A stretch of 32,709 nt of DNA, taken from NCBI RefSeq assembly GCF_001194135.2, contig NC_068983.1, forward strand, positions 100,580,892 through 100,613,600, in the 5' to 3' direction. How positions within the stretch are numbered: position 1 is the first letter of the stretch; each line of letters opens with the position of its first letter. The notes under the pieces are model-generated. The model ran no database searches. It was not told where the DNA came from and was given only the letters and a program-made list of their open reading frames with translations. The translations under genes were made by a program, and so were the position numbers. Below are positions 11,550 to 21,369 of the stretch, piece after piece. This DNA is from Octopus bimaculoides (taxonomy: Eukaryota).

Positions 11550-11924
11550 ATTACAACACACTTCAACCACGATCCCTCCGATGCATTGTATCCTCCTTCT
11601 GTTTCCTCTACTGCTACTACAACAGTTCTTAATCTTGTAAACTAAAAAGCTGTACACTTCTAAAATGAATTTGATTCATTTTGTTTTCCCATTGTCGTTT
11701 CTACTAGATTTCACTTAATCTCCAGAACTACATGTATCCATCTGGAACTCCCTATCTACAGTTTTCATATGGATATCAAGCAGCAGAAAATCAAACTGAA
11801 AATCAGTTGCATGAATCTTACAAGAATAGAGAGAGGTTGTAAAGCCATGAACACTTCTTTTCTATCTTCAAATATAACATCGATCTCTGGCGTGGACAAA
11901 GGCCATGCATCTCATAGTAAGATG

Positions 11925-12110
11925 CGGTCGATTAAATCAAACCCGGTACTTATTTCATTGACACTTATTTTATTGACAATGGAAAGGTGTAAGGTAAAGT
12001 CAACCTTAGATCAAGATCTGCTAGAAATAGCAGTCAAATCTCCCTAATATTACACCCTATTGTATTAAAAAAGGAAGGAGATACATTGATAATATAGGCT
12101 GAAGTACATT
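11925..12110. mobile_element. Degenerate SINE fragments
   Basis: Minus-strand family A core remnant (gtcgattaaatc...ggtacttatttcattgac...gtaaagtcaacc), followed by ctgctagaaatagcagtcaaatctccc. The second motif recurs at ~12970 (minus), ~28800 (minus) and ~29020 (plus). Confidence 0.6.
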
Positions 12111-12190
12111 GTGCCAAGGAAAAATTACTAATACGTCTGTTCAGACATCATTATATTAGAAAATGTATAAACAGCATATTAAGTGAATAG

Positions 12191-12194
<4 letters not shown>

Positions 12195-12247
<53 letters not shown>

Positions 12248-12260
12248 CGTGCGTGTGTGT
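12195..12260. repeat. (GT)n/(GCGT)n microsatellite
   Basis: Seen directly. Confidence 0.97.
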
Positions 12261-13049
12261 AAATCAGTAATGAGAATATTTCTTTAAATGTTTCAAATCT
12301 ATTTGGCCTGCATATTTCAATTCTCGGATTAAATAGATATCTTTATGATTACAGCCAGTATTCAATTAGATATTTCAATATTACAAAAATTCCCAAGCGC
12401 AACTAATTGCATTTCAATAGAAACATCAGAAAAATAATTTTATGATCTATCAAAAATCATCTAATTTAAAACCAGATAATTATTGAAATATAATGAAATA
12501 TATGTATACAAGAATGTCTGGTTGGGGAGGAGAAACACCCATAGATGCCTGATGCATGAAAAATGTAATAGTAAGCTGGATAACTTATTCGATATAGTAA
12601 GTGAAAAAATGTTAATTACATGCTTAGAAATGAGAACTACTGCCTAAATACTAATTTTGGTCAAAAAAGGCAGAGGAGCATGATTTTAATTAATTAATTT
12701 TAATTACAATTAATTAAATATGGAACACTGAGAGGAGTAAATTTGATCTTTAGCAGTACTGTGGCAATTTCAGGTATGTTTCAATATATTTGACCTCATC
12801 AGTGAAGCTTAGACTAACAATTACTGCAACATCTATGAAGTTTCTTGTTGTTGTTTTCATCCACAGTACGTATGGTTCCACCTAATCACTGGTCAAAAAC
12901 TTTCCACTCGTGATCAATCCATCTTTCTTCTTGGCAACATCATTACTTAATGTGTCCTGATTTTGAACACAATATGTGAGTTGAGGAAGATTTGACTGCT
13001 ACATCTAGGAGGCCGTAGGACGACATAGAGGTTTAAATTTATATATGAT

Positions 13050-13185
13050 AGTTTCTGATTTAGACACAAGGTCAGCTATTTTGAAGAGAATGGCTAGTCT
13101 ATACAATTTACCCTAGGACTTGACATGTACTTTATTTATCGAATCCGGAGGGATGAAGAGCAAAATTGACTTCGTCGGGATATGT
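13050..13185 (-). mobile_element. Degenerate family A SINE
   Basis: gacacaaggtc...gtactttatttatcga..ccggagggatgaagagcaaaattgacttcg is the reverse complement of the family A core and tail. Confidence 0.7.
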
Positions 13186-13192
13186 AAATCTA

Positions 13193-14349
13193 TTAGGTCG
13201 TCAAGTATGAAATTTGTAGTAAGGTATATGGTAAACTTTGACAGCTGCTCATTTTGCGCCATTATTATATTGTGACAATCTTTATTTTTTGTTAGAAAGC
13301 TGACACGTCTATTTCTTTATTCTAACTCATTTTGTGCTTTATAAAGTATTCATAAATCGTTTTTTGCTATTTTTGTTTAGAGAGGGGTGAGTCGGAAATT
13401 CGTACAGTTTTGAAATATGAGTTCTTTCTTGGAAATACAGCATCACAGACAGCTCAGAATATTAATGGAGTATTTCATTCTAATGTTATTATACAGCAGA
13501 CAATATCAAATTGACTTGCAAAATTTCTGTCTGGTAACTTTGACATCACAAATGAGCAACGCGGTCGACCAGAAACAAAGGTAGATAATAACGAACTGAA
13601 AGCCACCGTCGCGTCAGATCCATCTCAAAGTACCCGTAAATTATCGTTGTTGTTTGGTGTTAGTAAGCAAACAATATTGACTCACCTTGTTCAAATTGGT
13701 AAAGTGAAAAAGTTGGGTAAGTGGGTTCCACATGAACTCAATGAAAATCAGAAACAGCAACGTTTGGAAGCCTGCATTATGCTACTTCCTCGTCACAAAA
13801 ATGAATCATTTTTTAATCAAATTGTAACATATGATGAGAAATGGATCCAGTACAACAACCGTAAGTGTTCAGTACAATGGTTGGACAGAGACGAGCCACC
13901 AAAACACAATCCAAAAACCAAAATTCATCAAAAGAAGCTAATGGTGTGTGTTTGGTGGTCTGGCGCAGGTGTGATCCATTATGATTTCATTAAACCTGGC
14001 TCATCAATCACGGCCGAAGTATACTGCAGCCAAGTGGACCAAATGATGCAGAAACTTACAAAAAACAGTCTAAATTAGTCAACAGATCCACTCCTATTTT
14101 ATTGCAAGACAATGCCAGACCACACAGCGCAAAAATGATATTGGCGAAACTACAGGAGAGGCCTTCCAAGATTTTATTGACTCTAGATTGCCAGGCTTTT
14201 ATATTTTCGGGCTGGACAAGCATCCTCTGAAATGGCAAAAGTGTATTGACAATATGGGTGCATACTTTGATGAATAAAACTATTCCTTGTATTTATAAAA
14301 CAGCAAATTTTTTTTCTTTTCTACAAATTTCAGACGTGACGCTCGCTAA
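13193..14349 (+). mobile_element. Mariner DNA transposon (Hsmar1/cecropia-like), internally deleted and non-autonomous
   Basis: TA flanks at 13191-13192 and 14350-14351. The TIRs are imperfect: left TTAGGTCGTCAAGTATGAAATTTGTAG, and right (reverse complement) TTAGCGAGCGTCACGTCTGAAATTTGTAG, with 19/21 identity over the inner part. A transposase pseudogene lies inside. Confidence 0.93.
13383..14277 (+). pseudogene. Mariner transposase pseudogene
   Basis: The start is eroded to AGG, then GESEIRTVLKYEFF. There is an in-frame TGA at 13512-13514, followed by RGRP, WVPHEL and IVTYDEKW (catalytic D1). A frameshift near 14070 is followed by LLQDNARPH (D2). YSPDL and D3 are missing. A SETMAR/Hsmar1-like C-terminus AFQDFIDSRLPGFYIFGLDKHPLKWQKCIDNMGAYFDE* ends at 14277. 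Confidence 0.93.
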
Positions 14350-14552
14350 TACCGTCTTTTACTTTTTTACAATTCCTCAGAATAACTTATGTGCTTTAAT
14401 CCTTTTCATTTCCAGTTGGGGAAGGAAACCTTAAAGAGAATTTATAGAATGGATATGATGAGACAGGGAAAAGTTTAAAGACCTAATCTTTAGCTAAAGT
14501 GTACAGTCGACATCGGCAAATTTTGAAATCAGAACACAAAGGAACATATGCA

Positions 14553-14757
14553 AATGATTATTTCTAGTATAGGCACAATTTTTTGAGAGGGAACTAGTCG
14601 ATTACATGGACCCCAGTATTTGACAGGTACTTTATTCTATCGACCCCGAAAGAAATGAGAGACAAAGTCGACCTTGGTGGCATTTGAACTCAACGTAAAA
14701 CCGAAAGAAATACTGCTAAACATTTTGTCCGGCATGATAATAATTCTCGAAGCCTTA
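14553..14757 (-). mobile_element. Family A SINE, degenerate
   Basis: Reverse complement of the head, core and GTGCCTATACTAGAAATAATC tail; core gacaaagtcgaccttgg...tttgaactc. Confidence 0.85.
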
Positions 14758-14764
14758 ATGACAA

Positions 14765-14945
14765 GAATAATTCTTTTTACTATAGGCACAAGGCGTGAAA
14801 TTTGGAGGGAGGGGTAAGTCGATTACATCGACCCCAGTACTCAACTGGTACTTAATTTATAACCCCGAAAGGATGAAAGGCAAAGTCGACCTCGGCAGAA
14901 CTTGAACTTAGAACATCAGGACGAACGAAATACCACTTAATACAT
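14765..14945 (-). mobile_element. Family A SINE, 5'-eroded, in tandem with the previous copy
   Basis: ccccgaaaggatgaaaggcaaagtcgacctcggc is the reverse complement of the core; the tail reads CCTTGTGCCTATAGTAAAAAGAATTATT on the minus strand. Confidence 0.88.
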
Positions 14946-14989
14946 GCTGTGGAGGATATGGTTTTATTGAAACTGAAAGCTTGTCTCGT

Positions 14990-15900
14990 GACTCGAATTT
15001 CAGGATTCTGTGACACCACTGCGGGTCTGGATGTTGAATCCTGCCCTGCTGCCTGTTGTCTGGTTTCCTGGATCAGACATTCCAGTCAAAAGCCAAACAT
15101 GGTTCTTCCTTTTTGCATTTCTAGTGTCTCAGCTATGGGTGGTTCAGCTCGCTGCCCATCATTATAGGAACAATAGAGGAGGACTAATGCTTCTTTTCTT
15201 GGACTTGGTAACTATAGACACAAAATTTTATGGCATGAGATCTGAAACTTTAAACTGGACGGCGATGCCGTTGACCCTGTGGGAGGTGCCTCCACCACTA
15301 AGAGTCTCTTCAAGGCGGTCAATATTGTTCCAAGTCACAGTTGTGAATACACCTGGGTAGATGTTTCTGGGCAGTGATATACCATCTTCCGAAACATCCA
15401 ACTTCTGGACGTAAAGGGCTGTCTATCTCTTCAATCTGTGGGTAAGAAAGACTGTGTCCAAAGCGATTCAGTGTCCGTATCAATTCGATGTTTCATGTAA
15501 GAGACTTCAAAGCATATGGCAGAAGCATGTGCTTCGGTGACTTTGTTTTGACACAGGTAACAGCAAACACCAGGTCACTTCCAAAAGAAGTAGCAAGACG
15601 CTTGACCCTTTCTGTGGGATTTGTACACTGGCTTTTCCCAGTCAGCAAGGAATAGTGAAATTTGGTAACAGTGTCGGGAATGACATTTTGATCGGTGCTT
15701 GGTGGCCATGTTTGACTGAGATATTATTTCTTTATTTGTTGTCTTAGCTGCACTGCTGCATTGGCTAGAGAATCCTCAGACATAATTGCCTTTAATTCTC
15801 ACAGCTCCTAATCCAGTCTGTGGTGTTTTTTGACAAGACTGTCTTAGTATACCAGGCGCTTGTTCTGGTCATTAGAGACGAAATGGAGTCTAATTTCTGC
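14990..15900 (-). pseudogene. Degenerate DNA-transposon transposase fragment, probably Academ superfamily
   Basis: Manual minus-strand translation: RVKRLATSFGSDLVFAVTCVKTKSPKHMLLPYALKSLT*NIELIRTLNRFGHSLSYPQIEEID (15421-15609). After a frameshift: ...LPRNIYPGVFTTVT-WNNIDRLEETLSGGGTSHRVNGIAVQ (15255-15332), then KSKKRSI..., AKRKNHVWLLTG..GNQTT..RAGFNI. The WDN(I)D..EET..G..T.H..NG pattern is, by my recall, typical of the large marine-invertebrate Academ-type transposases. The superfamily assignment is unverified. Confidence 0.7.
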
Positions 15901-16589
15901 TAGATATATGAACGATGTTATATGTGATGCAGCAGTCATCACGCACAGAAGTACTTCAGTATGAGTATTGGTGAAACTTCATAAATCTGCAAAAAAAAAA
16001 AAAAAGAACAAAGCTACCGAGCTGAAAGAGCTATCACATTTTTTACACTTATAGTGACCCTATAAACATTTTAACACCATTTAGGTGTATTCACCCCCAG
16101 GTGGTACCGCTAGCTGACATGGCTCATGAATTAATTGATTTTAGTTCTATTCTAGCTTCAAATCCAAATCCGAAATCACCTTGTTGTACAAGAGAATTCA
16201 GGTTAACAAGCATACAGATTATATGACAAAGCTATAAAATCCAGTGTATTTTCAAAGTTCATCTGCATTCTTTCACAGATTTTTCAGATTTTATTTACGA
16301 TGCGTTTCTTCATTTATTTTTTCGATTTTGAGACATTATTTCTATGATGGGTAAATCAATTATTGCGAAACTCAATCATTGCAGACACGCGTTAACAACA
16401 TCATTAAACTGAACTAAACTAATAATAATATAGCTGTTGGGTATTTTGATAAATTTAACTATGAAAAATAACTCGAAGTATTTAATATTGACTATCAAGC
16501 AATCTGAATGTTTCTACTTTACATCATTAATTTAATTTATAGGATCCAAACTTGGTATTTTAAGAGATATGATGTACTTGATAATATTT

Positions 16590-16775
16590 AGATGGTCAGG
16601 CAGAATACCTTGTGGTATTTACTTACCTTTCTTTATATTTAGAGTTCAAATCCCGCCAAGATCAATGCATAGTCGATAAAATATGTACCGATCAGTTAAT
16701 GGAAATCAATATAATTAATTATCCCTTCCCTCAAAAATGTGTGGCCTTGCGCCTCTGATAGAAAATATTATTATC
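16590..16775 (+). mobile_element. Degenerate family A SINE
   Basis: gagttcaaatcccgccaagatcaa..gtcgataaaatatgtacc...ggccttgcgcctctgatagaaaatatt. A second, more decayed copy may follow at ~16785-16910. Confidence 0.7.
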
Positions 16776-17237
16776 AATATATAAGGGTCGTATATAGCAG
16801 AATCGGTAGAGCATTGGACAAAACACCTGGTGATATTTAGCTACTTTCTATTACGTTTTAATTTCCAGAACCAGATTGCTTTTCATCGAACTAGATCGAT
16901 AATATAAGTACTATTTGTTGTTGCTTTGTCCCCAGGTCAAGCAAAACCCGTTATCAATAGCATTTCAGTTTTGGCCATGTTATATTTTCATGGCAGTGCT
17001 TCGTTTTTTTTTCTTNNNNNNNNNNNNNNNNNNNNNNNNNNNNNNNNNNNNNNNNNNNNNNNNNNNNNNNNNNNNNNNNNNNNNNNNNNNNNNNNNNNNN
17101 NNNNNNNNNNNNNNNNNNNNNNNNNNNNNNNNNNNNNNNNNNNNGGGGGGGGGGGGGTTCCTAAGAGTGAAACTACTTTAGTCAGCAAAATTCATCATAA
17201 TAAAGTGAAAATAAAATAATGTTCAGCAGTACTCGAC

Positions 17238-17965
17238 GGCATAACTACAGGGTTTTACCCCCCCAGACTTTGGGAGGTCATAACTTTCAGAAAAATGAAT
17301 ATTTTTTAATGAAATTTTCTATGCATATAGTATTTACTATGTAGAATCCGAAATTTACTATGTAGAATCCGGTGAACGTGTTTTAGAATGGGGGTGGAGG
17401 ACAATTTTCGGAAATTCCAACAGAGTCCACTTAAATTCTTCTTAACTTCCAGGAAAATTAATATTTTTTCGTGAAATTTTCTACAAATATACCTTCATTT
17501 TTCTCTATTATGTGCGTATGTGCATCCGTAGATTTCTAGGCAGTGAAGAGAAGCCGTCATAAGAAAACTTTCGTTAAAAATAACATGCACACGATTTTTT
17601 TTCTCAATAAAAGTAAATTCCAAAGTAAACGTTTCTAGTAGAGAAGTAGAAGAGAACAGAAGCAGCGTATTACTTCATTACAAATCTACGGATGCACATA
17701 CGCACATAATAGAGAAAAATGAAACAATTATGGACGACTTGCTCCGAAACACCACCGAGTGGGGAACGCTTCTCAAAAATAACCTGCAGTTGTTTCCTTC
17801 AAAATTCCTACAAGCTCGAAATGTACATACATCAAGGTATATTTTTGTATATTCGGATTCTACATAGTAAATACTATATGCATAGAAAATTTCATTAAAA
17901 AATATTCATTTTTCTGAAAGTTATGACCTCCCAAAGTCTGTGGGGTAAAACCCTGTAGTTATGCC
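17238..17965. mobile_element. Non-autonomous foldback element/MITE with ~115-bp TIRs and a 9-bp TSD (MULE- or Merlin-like)
   Basis: TIRs at 17238-17352 and 17852-17965 (GGCATAACTACAGGGTTTTACCCC...) differ by one mismatch and one indel. TSD GTACTCGAC at 17229-17237 and 17966-17974. An internal perfect 42-bp inverted repeat lies at 17494-17535 and 17682-17723. No ORF. Confidence 0.93.
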
Positions 17966-18691
17966 GTACTCGACTAAATTCAGCAATGAGATGAATGTTT
18001 TTCTTAAAAATGTTTATCTTTGAAATGAAACTGAAAGTTTGGTTCGCTGGAAAGAATTATGTCGTACAGGATATTTGTATTAATACGATGAACATTGAAC
18101 GTATCATTAACTTTCATGCATCGTTGGGACAAATACATAATTCAGCGGTTTGCAGTAAAGGGTCAATATGTTTGGTTAATTACCACACATGTTCAGATGC
18201 AAAAGCATGGAGGTGTTGTGGATGCAGGTATTATCAAAGTATTGGACAAATGTTTTTCTTTTGGTCCCATATCCTATTGTCTCGCCACGTAAAGTTTACT
18301 TATTGATGGGCAGCTGCTGACGGCAAACAAGTTTTGGACTAGTTTTGGACCTAGTCGGTGTCCGTCGAGGAACTATAACCAACTGGTATAACTATTTCAT
18401 AGATGCGTATTATAAGGTGTATCGGCAATCCTGCAGAGTGAACCCAAACACCACTCCATTTGTTATTGTCCTTTGTTTAATGTAAATCATTCGATTATAT
18501 AATTACATGTTTAATTTTTAAACGCATCTTTATGTTGAAATCATACCGTGTATCTGACCCCAAATCAGATTGTGCTGTCCCCATCTATGTTGGCCCCTAG
18601 TGGGCAATAAAGAATCATTTTTTCTATAACCCTTTTTCTTTTACAACCTTTCCTTGTTTACAATTTAATGACCCATTTTTAGTGTACATGT

Positions 18692-18810
18692 ACCTAATTT
18701 TAGGGCAGAGTGGTTTGTTTCTGCCCCCTAATTTTAGGGCAGAGTATTTTGGTTCTGGTTCTTAATCTTAGGGCAGAGTAATTTAGTTCTGGATGCGTAA
18801 TTTAGTTCAC
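18692..18810. repeat. Degenerate ~35-bp minisatellite (TAAT[T/C]TTAGGGCAGAGT core, three copies plus a remnant)
   Basis: cctaattttagggcagagtgg..., cctaattttagggcagagtat..., cttaatcttagggcagagtaa..., seen directly. Confidence 0.85.
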
Positions 18811-19144
18811 ATGCGTGACTACTTTATATAGCAATACCGTACAATAAACGAATGGTATAAGCATTCGGGTTTATTTACTTATTGACATTTCGAAGTATAT
18901 TATTTTGTTGATGCTATCATTGTTATTGCCGTTATGACCGCAGCTAACTAGCAGTTCATCTAAACGTTGCATAAAAGTTGATATTTAAATAGGAGATGAA
19001 GACAAACTTTACATCTATCATCCCCTTTATACCCAGTATCCGTATAAATTCCGCCCCCAGAGATCAGAATCGTTCACTTTGAGAAGAATTGATCTAGAAT
19101 AATTCATGTCCTCTTTCATTGTCTTTAATGTAACAGAGTAAATG

Positions 19145-19248
19145 AGAGCGAGAGAGGGGGGAGGGAGGGAGAGAGGGGGGAGAGAGATAGGGGGGAGAGA
19201 GAGAGGGGGAGAGGGAGAGAGTGAGATAGAGAGATAGAGAGAGAGAGA
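19145..19248. repeat. Polypurine (GA/GGA/G-run) tract
   Basis: Seen directly. Confidence 0.9.
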
Positions 19249-20067
19249 CGGGGTCGGTATAGAGCCAGTCTAGATTCATTACATTGTATAACTGGATAGA
19301 GCAGAGTTCAGATCAGAATCGAATTAATCTTCCAAATCTAAGGGTTACTTAAAAGATTGCCAATATTGAAGAGCGAGGTGTATTTAATCAATTTGTGTGT
19401 GTGAATAAATATCAATTTAGAAAATATTGAAATAGCTTAACTATTAATACACAACAGGTTCAGTATTCTCCCGAAAATAGGAGTCTTGTCCGAAGGAAGA
19501 AATGCTTCATAACCGCATCGAAGAGCTGGGATAGATTCATTACAGTAACACACTTTATGGAAAATAAGAAAGCAATGTGTGAGGGCGCGCGCTTGAGAAT
19601 ATTTTCTAGTGATATTTTGCAAGGACTGTTTCCTCTCCTTTTCTTAACAGCATATGACATTTTAAAAGAAATTTCAAATCGCTGATGACTAATTTATCTC
19701 TGATTAATTGTATGAGGGAGGGTAAGCACGAGATATTAGCTGTAGACTCTCACTGCTCAAATTGAAGCGATTGAAACAGGGAAAAGATTGCTGAGTACTG
19801 AGTGAAAACAATTCTGCTTCCTTCTGTCAGCCTCTTAAATTGAACATTTTAATGGACAGATATCATCTTAGAACAGAAATAAGCTTCCAACAAACGAAAT
19901 ACACGATCCATTTCCGACTGCCGTGTAGAAATAATTTACTGAACTTTTGTGTGTGTGTATGTGTGCGTGTGCGTGTGTGTGTTTGTGTGTGTTGTGTTAG
20001 ACATCTGAGTACCTGATTATTATTTTTTCTAATATATAATTCCTGTACATCACCTCCAAACTTTCCA

Positions 20068-20075
<8 letters not shown>

Positions 20076-20119
<44 letters not shown>
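20076..20119. repeat. (GT)n microsatellite (a second GT-rich tract lies at ~19948-19995)
   Basis: Seen directly. Confidence 0.95.
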
Positions 20120-20122
<3 letters not shown>

Positions 20123-20144
20123 CGTGAAGTATATTTGCCACTTA

Positions 20145-20400
20145 AATGTGGTTAACCACTAAGAGTGGATGCTACTGTAGCTTGTAGCCCCAGAACACCT
20201 CCTCCAGCTGGCTATTGACACCCTTTCTGTGCCCTATCAGTATTTGCAAAGGGAAGCCATCCTTCCTATCGTCGACCTGACGTGATACGCACAGACCCGG
20301 GTTTCTGGGTATGTACCCGTCGTCAGCGCACGACAATCACCGGTCTTCGATGCGAAGGGATCCCAATGCAAATACATATATCCTTTTTCCAGTGACGACA
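20145..20400. mobile_element. 256-bp insertion flanked by a perfect 23-bp direct repeat (probable 5'-truncated retroposon, family unknown)
   Basis: ACGTGAAGTATATTTGCCACTTA occurs at 20122-20144 and 20401-20423. The interior is richer in GC and CpG than the flanks and has no recognisable ORF. Confidence 0.75.
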
Positions 20401-20916
20401 ACGTGAAGTATATTTGCCACTTATCTTTTAAAAGCTACTGAAATGTTAAGAATTTTTTTCCGTTCTGGCTTTTTTCTCTTCCCAGCATTGTATTCCATTT
20501 TAATATTATTTGCTGTAGTTGTTTATCTCTTGGTCGATTTCTTATCAAGTAGATCTTTGATGAAAGGCGTTCCAACGGTCATTTTTTGGAAGAATGTATG
20601 TTTACACCTTATCCTTGGTTAATGCGATAAAATCTTATTATTATTCGAGCGAGATTTCGCAACTATTGCTAGTAGAGACTTCCTCATTGGCTCGTTTATT
20701 CCATACAGCTACACACTATCGGAACCATAGCTAACAAAATTTATCGGAGGTTTTGTAATTGGACACTATACATTTTGTTAAACGACGAAGTACTTCCTGA
20801 AAGAATATGTTTTGTGATTAGTATATTTACAGTTACTATCACTATTTCTTTCCAAAAAAGTTGGTTAAAGAGCTAAACATAAAAATTCAACTCGGCAATG
20901 TAAGCTTTCTCCTCGT

Positions 20917-20945
20917 AAAGTTGCGACTAAAAGTGTCGCAACTTT
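20917..20945. repeat. Perfect 11-bp hairpin with a 7-nt loop
   Basis: AAAGTTGCGAC-taaaagt-GTCGCAACTTT, seen directly. Confidence 0.92.
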
Positions 20946-20962
20946 CTGATCTAGTAAACAAA

Positions 20963-21354
20963 GATCTTTTCCTTTTGGCCGGCACATAGAAAAATAAATT
21001 TTTGTAACTAAACACTTTCAAATTTCGTATACTGTTAGAATGTATCATTTAAAACATCATTTACTCTTGGCGTTTTTAAGAAAATTCTTTATTTTCGAAG
21101 TTATTTCGTGTTAAAGTTGTCGTATTTCGATAATTTCAACCAATCAATGACATCTATTGAGGTGAAAACAATTACTGCTGTGGTTTGTCAACAAGACGTT
21201 CTAGTGGTGTAAATTTACTTTGTCACTGTTATTTATGACATCGTTCGTGCGTTTGTACTGGTTTCGGTTTTAGGGTTTTAGGGTTAGGGTTAGGGTTCGG
21301 GTTTTAGACTTAGGGTTAGGGTTTCAGGGTCAGGCCGGCCAAAAGGCAAAGATC
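20963..21354. mobile_element. 392-bp non-autonomous element with 21-bp terminal inverted repeats and an internal TTAGGG array
   Basis: GATCTTTTCCTTTTGGCCGGC (20963-20983) pairs with GCCGGCCAAAAGGCAAAGATC (21334-21354) at 20/21. Six perfect TTAGGG units plus variants lie at 21270-21330. No TSD resolved. Confidence 0.8.
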
Positions 21355-21369
21355 CATAAACAGTTATGT

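Noticed and set aside
13383-14277. Domesticated SETMAR-like gene
   Set aside because: Start codon lost, internal stop, frameshift and deletion of catalytic residues, with no SET domain nearby. It is a dead transposon.
18692-18810. CRISPR-like repeat-spacer array
   Set aside because: Only three degenerate units with related, not unique, spacers, in eukaryotic context with no cas genes. It is a minisatellite.
21270-21330. True telomere or chromosome end
   Set aside because: Only about 60 bp, degenerate, internal, and enclosed within an inverted-repeat element.
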